A DNA stretch of 64,000 bases from an uncultured Gaiellaceae bacterium. Its GTDB lineage: Bacteria > Actinomycetota > Thermoleophilia > Gaiellales > Gaiellaceae. The stretch is from NCBI GenBank assembly GCA_963744285.1, contig CAVUTA010000018.1, positions 18,954 to 82,953 of the forward strand, read 5' to 3'. Positions 35,617-45,311 of this stretch are shown here, in pieces; positions within the stretch are counted from its first letter, which is position 1; every line of letters starts with the position of its first letter. Made by a program: the position numbers and the translations under genes. The notes beneath the pieces are model-generated. The model did not search any database. It was not told where the DNA came from and saw nothing but the letters and a program-made list of their open reading frames with translations.

Positions 35617-37102
35617 ATGCGCGGTTGGAATTCGCGCGAGGTTACTGCGATGGTCGCCCGACGGCGGCGTCATCGGCGGCGGCTGGGCGGGGCGGCTCGT
35701 CGAGAACGGCGTCGACGTCACGGTCTACGACCCCGCGCCGCAGGCCGAGGAGCGCATGCGTGAGACGCTGGAGAACGCCGAGCGCGCCTGGGCACGTCTG
35801 ACGCTGGCGCCACGCATTCGTGGATCGGTCTCGTTCGTCGCCTCACTTGCGGACGCCGTGGGCGACGCCGACGTCGTGCAGGAGAGCGTGTCCGAGGACG
35901 AGGCTCTCAAGCGCCGCCTCCTGGCCGAGATCGACGCCAGCGCTCGGGCGGACGCGCTCATCTGCTCCTCGACGTCGGGCCTGCTGCCGACCCGCCTCCA
36001 AGCCGACATGCAGCGGCCCGAGCGATTCGTGGTCGGGCACCCGTTCAACCCTGTCTACCTCTTACCGCTGGTCGAGGTCGTCGCAGGCGAGCAGACATCG
36101 GAGAGCTCCGTCGCCCGCGCCCTCGACTTCTACGGGTCGCTCGGAATGAAGCCTCTCCTCGTCCGCAAGGAGGTCGACGGATTCATTGCCGACCGACTCC
36201 TCGAAGCGCTCTGGCGTGAGGCGCTGTGGCTCGTGCACGACGACGTCGCGACCGTCGAGGAGATGGACGATGCGATCCGCTTCGGTGCCGGCCTCCGCTG
36301 GGCACAGATGGGGACGTTCCTGACGTACCGGATCGCAGGCGGGACCGACGGCATGCGCCACTTCCTCGAGCAGTTCGGCCCGGCGCTCGCGTGGCCGTGG
36401 ACGAAGCTGACCGACGTCCCGGAGCTGACGCGCGAGCTGATCGACAAGATCGCCGCCCAGTCCGACGAGCAGGCGGCCGGGCTGTCCGTCCGCGAGCTCG
36501 AGCGCATCCGCGACGAGAACCTGGTCGCGATCCTGCAGGCGCTTCGCGCGCGGGACTATGCCGCCGGCGAGGTCGTCCGCTCGCACGAAGCGAGGATGTT
36601 CGGCGAGGCCACGACCGTACCTGAGCCCGACCCGGCCATGCCGCTCCGGCTCTACGAGTCCGCCGTCGACCCGGCCTGGGTCGACTACAACGGTCACATG
36701 ACCGAGGCGCGGTACGGAGACCTCTTCGCGTACGCGACCGACGCATTCCTGCGCCACGTCGGGCTCGACGCCGGCGTACCTCGCCGGCGGTCACAGCCTG
36801 TACACGGTGGAGACGCACATTCGGTACCTGCACGAGGTCGCGCCGCTCGAGCCGGTCGTCGTGGCAACCCAGGTCCTCGGCTCCGACGAGAAGCGGCTGC
36901 ACCTCTTTCACACGCTCGAGCACGGCCGTGACGGCACGGCGCTCGCGACGGGTGAGCACCTTCTCGCTGCACGTGGACACGGTGGAGGGGCGCGCAGGGC
37001 CGATGCGCGACCCTCTCGGCGCCGGCGTTGCGGCGGCGACGCGAGCTCACGCTGCGCTCGCCCGGCCGGAGAGCGCGGGCCGCGCCGATCGGGCTGGGCT
37101 AG
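35617..37102 (+). pseudogene. lcdH: L-carnitine dehydrogenase (3-hydroxyacyl-CoA dehydrogenase fold) fused to a C-terminal hotdog thioesterase domain. ~3 frame breaks.
   Basis: GVIGGGWAGRLVENGVDVTVYDPAP..., QESVSEDEALKRRLL, FVVGHPFNPVYLLPLVEVV, and DGFIADRLLEALWREALWLV...IRFGAGLRWAQMG...GMRHFLEQFGPAL. The thioesterase part is VDYNGHMTEARYGDLF...YTVETHIRYLHEV... Breaks ~35660, ~36775, ~36965. The start codon is uncertain. Confidence 0.8.
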
Positions 37103-37921
37103 ATCGCGAGCAGGACGACGCCGAAGACGACAACCACCGCGCCGGCGATCCGCTGTGGGCCGACGCGCTCGTGGAGGAGCGGCACGGCGAGGAGCGTCGC
37201 GATGACCACGCTCGTCTCGCGCACGGCGGCGACCGGGGCCGCAGGCGCACGCGCGAGCGCGGCCAGGACCAGGATGTACGCGCCGTAGGTCGCGAGCCCT
37301 GCAGCGATGGACGCCGGGCCGACCGCCGCGCGGACTGCAGGTCGGCCGTGGCGCCGCAGCGTCGAGCAGCAGGAAGGCGAGCGTCGCGGGGATCATCGAC
37401 AGCTCCTGGTACACGACCGGCGACGCGTACTGGATTCCCCTCGAGTCGACCAGCGTGTAGGCGGCGATGCAGCAGCCGACCGCGAGTGCGAGGCCGAGAT
37501 CGGCAGCGGTCGCGCGTCCGCTCACGCCCCGCACGAGGAGCACGCCGGCAGCGACGACGAGAACGCCGGCAACCTGGGCGACCGACGCAGCCTCTCCGAG
37601 CACGGCGAGCGCGACGACGAGGACGATCACCGGCGCGGAGCCCCGCGCGATCGGATAGACGAACGACAGCTCCGCCCGGCCGTACGCGGCGGTCAGCAGC
37701 ACGAAGTAGGCGAGCTGCAACAGTGACGTGACGACGAGGAAGGGCACGACCTCGGACTCGGCCTCCCACGCCAGCGCTGCGACGGGAGCGAAGGCGACGA
37801 CGCCGACGACCAGCGCGACGGCCGTCGTCGCCTCGATGTTCGGCGCCCGCGCGAGGAGGAGGTTCCAGAACGCGTGCAGGAACGCCGCGCCGAGTGCGAG
37901 GGCAAGTGCCGTAGCGGGCAT
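37099..37921 (-). pseudogene. EamA/DMT-superfamily transporter. One frame break near 37340.
   Basis: MPATALALALGAAFLHAFWNLLLARAP...FVYPIARGSAPVIVLVVALAVLGE... The second EamA half (...AAVRETSVVIATLLAVPLLHERVGPQRIAGAVVVVFGVVLLAI*) is in another frame. Its stop is convergent with the lcdH stop. Confidence 0.75.
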
Positions 37922-37968
37922 CCGCAGCCGCTATCCAACCACTCCGCCGAGATTGGGGCACGATCCGC

Positions 37969-39510
37969 ATGTGCTCGACCGCGCGTCGAACCATCGAGGA
38001 GCTCGCCTCGCGCCGCTTCGACCTCCTCGTTGATCGGGGGCGGAATCATCGGCGCGGCGGTGGCGGCGCACGCTGCTCGCCTGGGGCTCGCCGTCGCGCT
38101 CGTGGACGCGCGAGACTTCGGCGGCGCGACCTCGAGCGCGTCCTCGAAGCTCGTGCACGGCGGCCTGCGCTACCTCCGGCTGGGCGACGTCGGCCTCGTT
38201 CGGGAGGCGCACCACGAGCGGCGCATCCTGACGAAGGTCGTCGCTCCGCACCTCGTGCGGCGCACGCCGTTCCTCTTCCCGCTCTACCGCGACGGGCCTT
38301 TCCGCCCCGCGTTCGTCCAGAGCGGCATCGTGCTGTACTCCGCCCTCGCCCGTTCGCGGCTCAACTGGCTCGTCGACCCGAGGAGGCCCGCAGCGCGAGT
38401 GCCGTCGCTTCGTCTCGAGGGGTTGCGATCCTGCGCCCTCTACGCGGACGCGACCACGAACGACGCCCGCCTCTGCATCCTCAACGTGCGAGCGGCGGCC
38501 GACGCGGGAGCCGTCGTCTTGAACGGCGCCGAGGTCGTCGCGCTTCCGCTCGGTTCGGGGTCGCCTGCAGGGCGCCGACGTGCGCATCGACGGCGAGATC
38601 GTCACCGTCGACGCCCGCGTGATCGTCAACGCGGCCGGGCCGTGGGTCGACCACGTCCGTCGCCTCGAGGATCCGCGGGCGGGAACATCCGTGCGTCTGA
38701 GCAAGGGCGCCCACGTCCTGCGTCCCTGCCGGCGAGGGATGGACGGCGGCGCTCACGATCGCTCAGGACGAGGTGCGGGTCACCTTCGCCGTGCCCTGGG
38801 CAGACATGCTCCTCCTGGGCACGACCGACACACCGCACGACGGCGATCCCCGCGACATCGCTGTCACCGCCGCCGACGTCGAGCAGATTCTGTCCGAGGC
38901 GTCGGTGGCACTCGACCCTGCGCTCGTCGCACCTGCCCGCGTGCGCGCCGCGTACGCGGGTCTGCGCGTTCTGCCGGCCGGGACGGGCGAGAGCGCGAGC
39001 GCGAGACGCGAGACGGTCTTCAGCCGCAGTCCCGGTGGGATGCTCAACGTCGCCGGAGGAAAGCTCACGACCTACCGGCGCATCGCACTCGAGGCGCTCG
39101 ACCGTCTTCGCCCGGAGCTCGGGATCCGCAAGGTCGACACCCGGCCCGTGGCCGCTTCCCGGCGCGATCGGGCTCGAAGCCGTCTCGCTTCCCCGAGCGT
39201 CGAGCCGGACATCCGACGTCATCTCCTCCACCTGTACGGAGGTCTGGCCCAGGAGGTGCTCGCGCCGGCCGCGGAGGATCCTTCGCTGCTCGAGCGCCTC
39301 CACCCCGACGGGCCGGACATCGTGGCGCAGGTGCTGTACGCAGCGACACACGAGTGGGCGCGCACGGCGGAGGACGTCCTGCGCAGAAGGACGACGTGTT
39401 TCTACCGCGGTCTCGAGACCGAGGACGTCGTCGGTCGCGTGGAACGCGTCCTCGCTGCGACTACCGAAGGAGGAAGCCGTCGGCGAGCGGATCGTGCGGG
39501 TCGAGGGTGA
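37969..39510 (+). pseudogene. glpD: FAD-dependent glycerol-3-phosphate dehydrogenase. ~4 frame breaks.
   Basis: FDLLV, then break at ~38031 (apparent inserted T), then IGGGIIGAAVAAHAARLGL...FGGATSSASSKLVHGGLRYL (GlpD signature). Then ...VIVNAAGPWVD...LSKGAHV..., LLGTTDTP, and GGKLTTYRRIA. Further breaks ~38565, ~38735, ~39150. The 3' end overlaps the convergent gene by ~50 nt, so the true stop is uncertain. Confidence 0.8.
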
Positions 39511-40426
39511 AGACGTGGGTGCCCGTGCGATACGCGCTTCCCTCGACCTCGGTGATCACCGCCGGGATGCCCGCGACATCCGTGTCGCCCACCACGCGGG
39601 CGCGGAACTCCGTGTCGACGATGCTCCGGTGTCGAAGCTCCGCGCCACGCGGGAGCCGTCCCGAGCGGTCGAGCAGGGCGAGCCGCGCCGACGTGCCGCT
39701 CCCGCACGGCGAGCGATCCACCTCGCCGTCCGCGAAGACCGTGACGTTGCGCTGGGTCAGCGGATCCTCACCCTCCTCCTGCCAGAAGATCACGCCGTAG
39801 ACGTCGCGGAGCTCGGGCTCGAGCGGGTGCACGACGTCCTGCCACTCCTCGATCGATCGCTTGAGGTCGCGCCCGAGCTCGATGAGTCGGGGAAGCTCGC
39901 TCGGCGTCACGTGCTCCTGCACGGAGGCGTAGAACGCTCCGCCGAAGGCGACGTCGAGCTCGTGCTCGCCGATCTCGAGCCCGGTGGCATGCACGAACGA
40001 CGGGACGTTCCGGAATCGCACCGAGCGAACGCGGCCGTCCTCCACCTGCGCCCAGGCATCGAGCCGGCCCGAGGGCACGTCGACGACGACGTGGTTCTCC
40101 CCGTCGTGCCGCTCGAGCACGCCCTCCTCGAGCGCCCACGTGACGAGAGCGATCGTCCCGTGCCCGCACGCGGTCGAGTACCCCGCGTTGTGGAAGAAGA
40201 CGACGCCGAGGTCCGCGCCCTCGTCGTCCGGCTCGACGACGAAGCAGCCGTACATGTCCGCATGCCCTCGCGGCTCGTGGACGAGCAGCCGGCGCACGTG
40301 GTCGAGCCGATCGAGCGCGTCGCGGCGCTTGTCGAGGATCGTCGCGCCGCGCAGCGGCTCGACCCCGTCGGTCACGATCCGGAAGGGCTCGCCGGCGGTG
40401 TGGTAGTCGGCTGTGCGGATCTCCAC
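39461..40426 (-). CDS. Proline racemase / 4-hydroxyproline epimerase family protein (Cys/Cys catalytic pair)
   Basis: Intact. VEIRTADYHTAGEPFRIV..., first catalytic Cys in GYSTACGHG, second in DRSPCGSGTSA. GTG 40426 is chosen as start, because upstream ORF sequence overlaps the neighbouring gene. Confidence 0.85.
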   Translation of the reverse strand: MEIRTADYHTAGEPFRIVTDGVEPLRGATILDKRRDALDRLDHVRRLLVHEPRGHADMYGCFVVEPDDEGADLGVVFFHNAGYSTACGHGTIALVTWALEEGVLERHDGENHVVVDVPSGRLDAWAQVEDGRVRSVRFRNVPSFVHATGLEIGEHELDVAFGGAFYASVQEHVTPSELPRLIELGRDLKRSIEEWQDVVHPLEPELRDVYGVIFWQEEGEDPLTQRNVTVFADGEVDRSPCGSGTSARLALLDRSGRLPRGAELRHRSIVDTEFRARVVGDTDVAGIPAVITEVEGSAYRTGTHVFTLDPHDPLADGFLLR

Positions 40427-40440
40427 AGCGCGATCGACTC

Positions 40441-41213
40441 CTACGTTCCCTTGAAGTCGGCCGGCCGCTTCTCGAGGAACGCCTGCACGCCCTCGGCGAA
40501 GTCCTCCGTCTGCGTCGCCGCCTGCTGGAGCTCCGCCTCCAGCTGGAGCTGCCGGTCGAGCGACGCCGTGTAGGCGTGCTCGAAGAGCTGCTTCGTCATC
40601 GCGACCGCGCGCGTCGGCAAGCGCCGCGTACCACTCACGCGAGCTCCGCGACCCGCGTCTCGAATCCATCCGCCGGAACCGCCTCCGAGATGAGGCCCCA
40701 GTCCAGCGCTTCGTCCGCGCTCAATCGCCGATTCGAGACCATCCACTCGAACGCCCGCGTGAACCCGAGCAGGCGATGGATGAACCACGTGCTTCCCGCG
40801 TCGGGCACGAGGCCGATCCCGATGAAGCCGGGCACGAAGGTCGCATTCGCCGAGCCGATGCGGACGTCACACGCGCACGCGAGCGAGAGCCCGGCGCCTG
40901 CGACGGGGCCGTTGATCGCTGCGATCACGGGCTTCTCGAGCGCACGGATCGCGCGGACGTTCGGGTGGTAGGTCTGCTCGAGCGCGTCACGCACGCCTCC
41001 GGGGAGCGACTCGAACTCGCGGAGGTCCTGTCCCGAGCAGAACCCGCGGCCCGCTCCCGTGAGGACGACTGCGCGGATCGCCGGGTCGGATGCCTCCGCC
41101 AGCGCAGCCGCAAGCCCCTCGTGCATCGCGCGGTTGATCGCGTTGTAGACGTCCGGGCGGTTGAGCGTGATCGTCAGAACGGCGCCGTCGCGCGAAGTCA
41201 GAACCTCGGTCAC
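40441..41213 (-). pseudogene. Enoyl-CoA hydratase/isomerase (crotonase) family protein. One frame break near 40630.
   Basis: VLTITLNRPDVYNAINRAMHEGL...AVVLTGAGRGFCSGQDL...KPVIAAINGPVAGAGLSLACACDVRI... The C-terminal ...EDFAEGVQAFLEKRPADFKGT* is in ORF 40441..40788. Confidence 0.85.
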
Positions 41214-42037
41214 GTCGTGTCTCCCTTCTTGTCTCGGTCGAGGAACGCACGGACGGCGCCCTGCGCCTCCTCGCCGAGCATCGACATCGCGAGCCAGTCG
41301 CGGGCGTGGCCGACGGTCTGATGCCACGCGAGATCGCGCCAGACGTTGAGCTGCTGCTTCGCGTAGCGCGTCGTCTGCGGGAGCTTCGCCGCGAGCTTCT
41401 CGACCCACTCGTCGACGGCCGCGTCGAGCTCGGCCTCGGGCACGGCGCGGTTCACGAGCCCCCACTCCTCGGCCTGCGCCGCCGGGATCTCGTCGCAGAG
41501 GAAGACGATCTCGCGCGCGCGGCGATCGCCGACCATGAGCTGGAGCCACTGCGTCGCGCCGCCCGCAGGCACGGAGCCGTGCTGGAGCCCGACGTGGCGG
41601 ATGAACGCCGTGTCGACCATCACCGAGAGGTCGCACGCCATCTGCAGCTCGTTGCCGCCGCCGACCGCGATCCCGTTCACGCGCGCGATCGTCGGCTTGC
41701 CGATCTCGCGCAGCCGGTCGTGCATGTCCTTGAACGCGCCGAACCACTTCCAGTACTCGCTCGAGTTGCCGAGCAGGTCCTCGCCCCAGGAGCGCAGGTC
41801 GGCGCCGACGCAGAACGCGCGGCCGGTTCCGGTGACGACGACCGCGCGGACGTCGTCGTCCCACGACGCGTCCTCGCACGCCCGCGCGATCTCGCGGAGC
41901 ATCTGGAAGTCGAACGCGTTCAGGACGTCCGGTCGGTTGAGCCGGATCGTCGCGCGCGGCGGCGCCTTCTCGTAGACGATCGTCTCGAACCCGAGCTGCG
42001 CCGGATCGAGCGGGCGCGGATGCGTCGGCTCGGTCAC
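41210..42037 (-). CDS. Crotonase-superfamily protein (MenB/BadI-like subgroup suspected)
   Basis: Intact. ATIRLNRPDVLNAFDFQMLREI...VVVTGTGRAFCVGADL...KPTIARVNGIAVGGGNELQMACDLSV... GTGA overlaps with both neighbours. Confidence 0.8.
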   Translation of the reverse strand: MTEPTHPRPLDPAQLGFETIVYEKAPPRATIRLNRPDVLNAFDFQMLREIARACEDASWDDDVRAVVVTGTGRAFCVGADLRSWGEDLLGNSSEYWKWFGAFKDMHDRLREIGKPTIARVNGIAVGGGNELQMACDLSVMVDTAFIRHVGLQHGSVPAGGATQWLQLMVGDRRAREIVFLCDEIPAAQAEEWGLVNRAVPEAELDAAVDEWVEKLAAKLPQTTRYAKQQLNVWRDLAWHQTVGHARDWLAMSMLGEEAQGAVRAFLDRDKKGDTT

Positions 42038-42315
42038 TCGATCGACGCGAAGTTCACCGTGAACGGGATGCCCATGGCCATCGCGTCCTTGCCCGCGGCG
42101 GCGAACGCCTCCGAGCCGACCGCGGCCTTGAACGCGTCCATGTCGTCCCACTCGAACTCGGCGTGGTACTTGTAGGTGGGATCGCCGAACGGCGAGCCGA
42201 ACACCTTCCCGTGCCGGAACGCCGAGCACTCGACAGGTCGGGTGAACTCGTCGAGGTGCTGCTGGTACCGATCGGGATCGGGCTCGGACTCGTACTGGAT
42301 GATCGCGCGGATCAC
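42034..42315 (-). CDS. EthD-like / dimeric alpha-beta-barrel small protein (function unknown)
   Basis: 93-aa reading from GTG 42315, preceded by GAAGGAG: VIRAIIQYESEPDPDRYQQHLDEFTRPVE...YKYHAEFEWDDMDAFKAAVGSEAFAAAGKDAM... Family call is from the general pattern only. Confidence 0.55.
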   Translation of the reverse strand: MIRAIIQYESEPDPDRYQQHLDEFTRPVECSAFRHGKVFGSPFGDPTYKYHAEFEWDDMDAFKAAVGSEAFAAAGKDAMAMGIPFTVNFASIE

Positions 42316-42362
42316 GTGTGCTCCTTCGTCGGGGACGCCGGGGAGCGTATAGCGTCCTCGCG

Positions 42363-42809
42363 GTGAACTCGACCGCCGTCGCAGCGTCGCTCGCATTCGC
42401 GGCGGGCCTCGGAGGAGCTGTCCAGATCGCGGTTCAGGGAAGGCTCGGCGACCGGGTCGGCGCACTCGAGGCGATGGCGACTGCCTCGCTGATCGGCGCC
42501 GTCATCGCGCTTGCGGTCCTTCTCGTTGCCCGCCGGTCGCTCTCGGGCATCGGCGACGCGTTCGGCGCTCCGAAGTGGATGCTGCTCGGCGGCGCGATGA
42601 GCGCGCTCATCATCCTCGCCATCACGATCGCCGGCCCACGCATCGGCATCGTCGCGACGACCTCCGTGCTCATCGCAGCCCAGTTCACGCTCGCGACGGT
42701 CATCGACCGGTACGGCTGGTTCGGCGTGGAGCGGATCGCAGTGAGCTGGCCCCGGGTGATCGGGCTCGCGCTCCTCGCCGCCGGGGCCGCGCTGACCCTC
42801 AGGCGTTGA
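42363..42809 (+). CDS. DMT-superfamily small membrane protein (DUF606/YdcZ-like)
   Basis: ORF 42318..42809 has four or five hydrophobic helices (...AVQIAVQGRLG..., GAMSALIILAITIAGPRIG..., LIAAQFTLATVIDRYGWFG...). An internal GTG 42363 is preferred as start. Confidence 0.65.
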   Translation: MNSTAVAASLAFAAGLGGAVQIAVQGRLGDRVGALEAMATASLIGAVIALAVLLVARRSLSGIGDAFGAPKWMLLGGAMSALIILAITIAGPRIGIVATTSVLIAAQFTLATVIDRYGWFGVERIAVSWPRVIGLALLAAGAALTLRR

Positions 42810-44247
42810 GCGCGCTCGACTCGCTCGAGCCGGGACTCCTCTGGGAGCGCTTCTCGGAGCTGACGCGAATCGCGCGGCCCTCGAAGGAGGAGGGGCCGGC
42901 GCGCGAGCACGTCCTCGCCTGGGCCGCGGCTCGCTCGTTCGACGCGCAGGTCGACGCCGAGGGGAACGTCGTCGTCGGCGTTCCCGCGTCGGCCGGCCGC
43001 GAGCGTGCGCCGGTCGTCGTCCTCCAGGCGCACCTGGACATCGTGTGCGAGCGCGATCCGACGAGCCCGTTCGATCCGCGCGAGGGGCGCATCGACGTCC
43101 GCGTGGAAGAGGACTGGGTGCGTGCCGACGGCACGACGCTCGGCGCCGACAACGGGATCGGCGTCGCTGCGGCGATGGCCGTGGCCGACGACGCGGAGAT
43201 CGAGCACGGGCCACTCGAGCTCCTCTTCACCGTCTCGGAGGAGCAGGGGCTCGACGGCGCGAAGGCGCTCGACGCGTCGCTCGTCTCCGGGCGGATGCTG
43301 ATCAACCTCGACGGGACGAGCGACGGTGCACTGACGATCGGGTGCGCCGGGAGCGATCACACGTTCCTTCGCGTCCCGCTCCGAGCCGAGCCCGTCCCGC
43401 CGGATCACGTCGTGCTCCGGATCGAGCTCTCCGGAGCGAAGGGCGGTCACTCCGGCGGCGACATCACCGCGGGTCGCGCGAACGCGATCAAGGCGCTCGG
43501 ACGCGTGCTCGCGGCGACTCCGGTGCGGCTCGCTGCATTCGGTGGAGGTGTCAGCCGGAACGCGATCCCTCGCGACGCCTCCGCCACCGTCGCGGTCTCG
43601 AAGAGCGACGAGACCGGGTTCCGCGCGGCCGCTGAGGCCGAGCTCGAAGCGATCGTCCGCGAGTTCGCGGGCACGGACGACCAGCTCGCGCTCTCGTTCA
43701 CTCACGGGGAAGGGAGCGATGCGGCCGGCATCGACGCGTCACGCCGAGCGATCGATCTCGTGCAGGCGATCCCGACCGGCGTCGTGGCGATGACGGCGGG
43801 CCTACCCGGTGTCGTCGAGACGAGCACGAGCCTCACCACCGCCGCGACGGAGAACGGAACCCTCGTGCTCGGGTCGATGACGCGAAGCTCGAACGCTGCC
43901 GCACTCGACGGCGTCCTCGCCACGATGCACGCCCTCGCCCGGCTCGGCGGAGCCGAGATCGAGGTCCGGCGTTCGTACCCGCCGTGGGAGCCCGACCTCG
44001 ACTCGTCGCTCCTGTCGACGGCGCAGGCGACCTACGCCCGGCTGTTCGGAACCGAGCCCGCGCTCACGGTCGTCCACGGTGGCCTCGAGTGCGCCGTTCT
44101 CGGCCAGAGGCTCCCGGGCGTCGAGATGGTCTCCATCGGGCCGGAGATCGTCGGCCCGCACGCGCCCGGCGAGCGGGTGCGCATCTCGAGCACACAGCGC
44201 TTCTACCGGCTGCTCGGCGCGCTGCTCGAGGACCTGCTCGGCGCTAG
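42806..44247 (+). CDS. pepD: Aminoacyl-histidine (Xaa-His) dipeptidase, M20C family (PepD-like). 3' end uncertain.
   Basis: LWERFSELTRIARPSKEE...VVLQAHLDIVCE...DGTTLGADNGIGVAAAMAV...LFTVSEEQGLDGA...GGHSG.DI..GRANAIK...HGGLECA. The frame has no stop after ...LLEDLLGA; a TAG at 44245-44247 is one frame away. Confidence 0.82.
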
Positions 44248-44896
44248 ACCTGGCCGGCGGCAGCGCCGCTCGAGGTCAGCCGCGTCGAGAACGCTCGTGC
44301 GTCCCCGCGCGAGCGCGACGGCACCGAGCCTTCTCCTCCTCGCGAAGCACGCGGTTCACGGTTGCCCGCGAGGTGCCGGCCATCGCGGCGATGTCCTCCT
44401 GCGTGAGAGGAACGACACCGTCCTCGTACGTCGCGGCGAGCTCGAGCAGCCTCCGACGGACCCGGGTCTCCGCATCGACGTGGTGCGCCTCGACGACGCG
44501 ATCCGTCGAGCGGCGGAGCTGCTCCGCAAGGAGTCGCAGGAGCACGTCCTTCACGCCCGGGTGCTCGCGCTGGAGCGCGGCGAAGTCGTCGCGGAACACC
44601 GAGCGCGTCTCGCCGGCCTCGAGCGCTTCGACGGTGGCCGAGCGGCGAGCGTCCGGGAGGAGGAGGGCGAGCTCGCCGAAGCTCTGTCCCGGCCCGAGGA
44701 CGTCGACGAGCACGCTGTCGCCCAGCGGCGTCAGCACCCGTGCGCCGAAGCGACCGCGCACGACGAGGTGCAGGGAGTCGGCGGGATCGTCGCGGTGGAA
44801 CACGACCTCGCCCCTCGCGAACGTCCGCCGACGCGCGATCGCGAGCAGCCGACGCACGTCCTCGGCAGGCAGATCGACGAGCAGCGGCCACTCCAC
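44244..44896 (-). pseudogene. Crp/Fnr-family transcriptional regulator. ~2 frame breaks near the 3' end.
   Basis: cNMP-binding domain (RGEVVFHRDDPADSLHLVVRGRF...GPGQSFGELALL...RSATVEALE) and HTH (LTQEDIAAMAGTSRATVNRVLREEEK). The expected tail GAVALARGRTSVLDAADLERR... appears only after shifting frame (~44345, ~44270). Confidence 0.8.
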
Positions 44897-45007
44897 GACG
44901 CCAGTCTGTGTAACGGCGGTGACATTCGCAACGTCACGAGCGCGAACGACACCGAGCGGCGGCGCTCGTACTCTCGGGACATGAGGATCACGAGACGGGA
45001 GAACACC

Positions 45008-45240
45008 ATGAAGCGCATCGCCACCATCGGAGCCATCGTCACCGCCTTCGCAGTAGCGCCCTCGGTCGCCGCTGCCGGGAACGTCGCAGCACAGTCGAAG
45101 CCACAGGTGAAGGCACAGGTCGTCGGCGTTCAGGTCGCGAAGGTCCAGCGTGTCGCAGGCCGCGGTCTCCGTCCAGAGGCACCTGGTGCAGGTCGCCCAG
45201 GCGAAGCGCATCTCGCTGCTCCGCCCGCAGCTTCGCTAGT
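45008..45240 (+). CDS. Possible small secreted protein (signal peptide MKRIATIGAIVTAFAVAPSVAAA). Frame after ~45150 ambiguous.
   Basis: GGGAG RBS 6-7 nt before ATG 45008. The clear signal-peptide-like N-terminus is followed by AQSKPQVKAQVVGVQVAKVQ. A stop (TAG, 45238-45240) is reached only after a +1 shift. No homology recognised. Confidence 0.3.
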
Positions 45241-45265
45241 TCGCCCTCCATCCGAGTGGGGGAGT

Positions 45266-45299
45266 CGCGAGAAGGGAGCCGGAAGGCTCCTCTCTCGCG
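45266..45299. terminator. Strong bidirectional terminator hairpin (15-position stem with one mismatch and one G.U, loop GGAA) between convergent genes
   Basis: CGCGAGAAGGGAGCC-GGAA-GGCTCCTCTCTCGCG, read directly. It lies between the small ORF end (45240) and the xdh large-subunit stop (45312). Confidence 0.65.
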
Positions 45300-45311
45300 T
45301 CTCTCGCGCAG

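Noticed and set aside
39461-39510. 50-nt convergent overlap of glpD and the proline-racemase-like gene (and the 48-nt betA/iclR overlap at 14535-14582) as possible antisense regulation
   Set aside because: Given the indel load, the 3' ends of the frameshifted genes are uncertain. Overlaps of this size are also common in compact high-GC genomes.
40427-40669. N-terminal 80-aa extension of the proline-racemase-like ORF (start at 40669)
   Set aside because: The extension overlaps the 3' part of the upstream crotonase gene, is Arg/Ala-rich, and the family-typical N-terminus (VEIRTADYHTAGEP) begins at GTG 40426.
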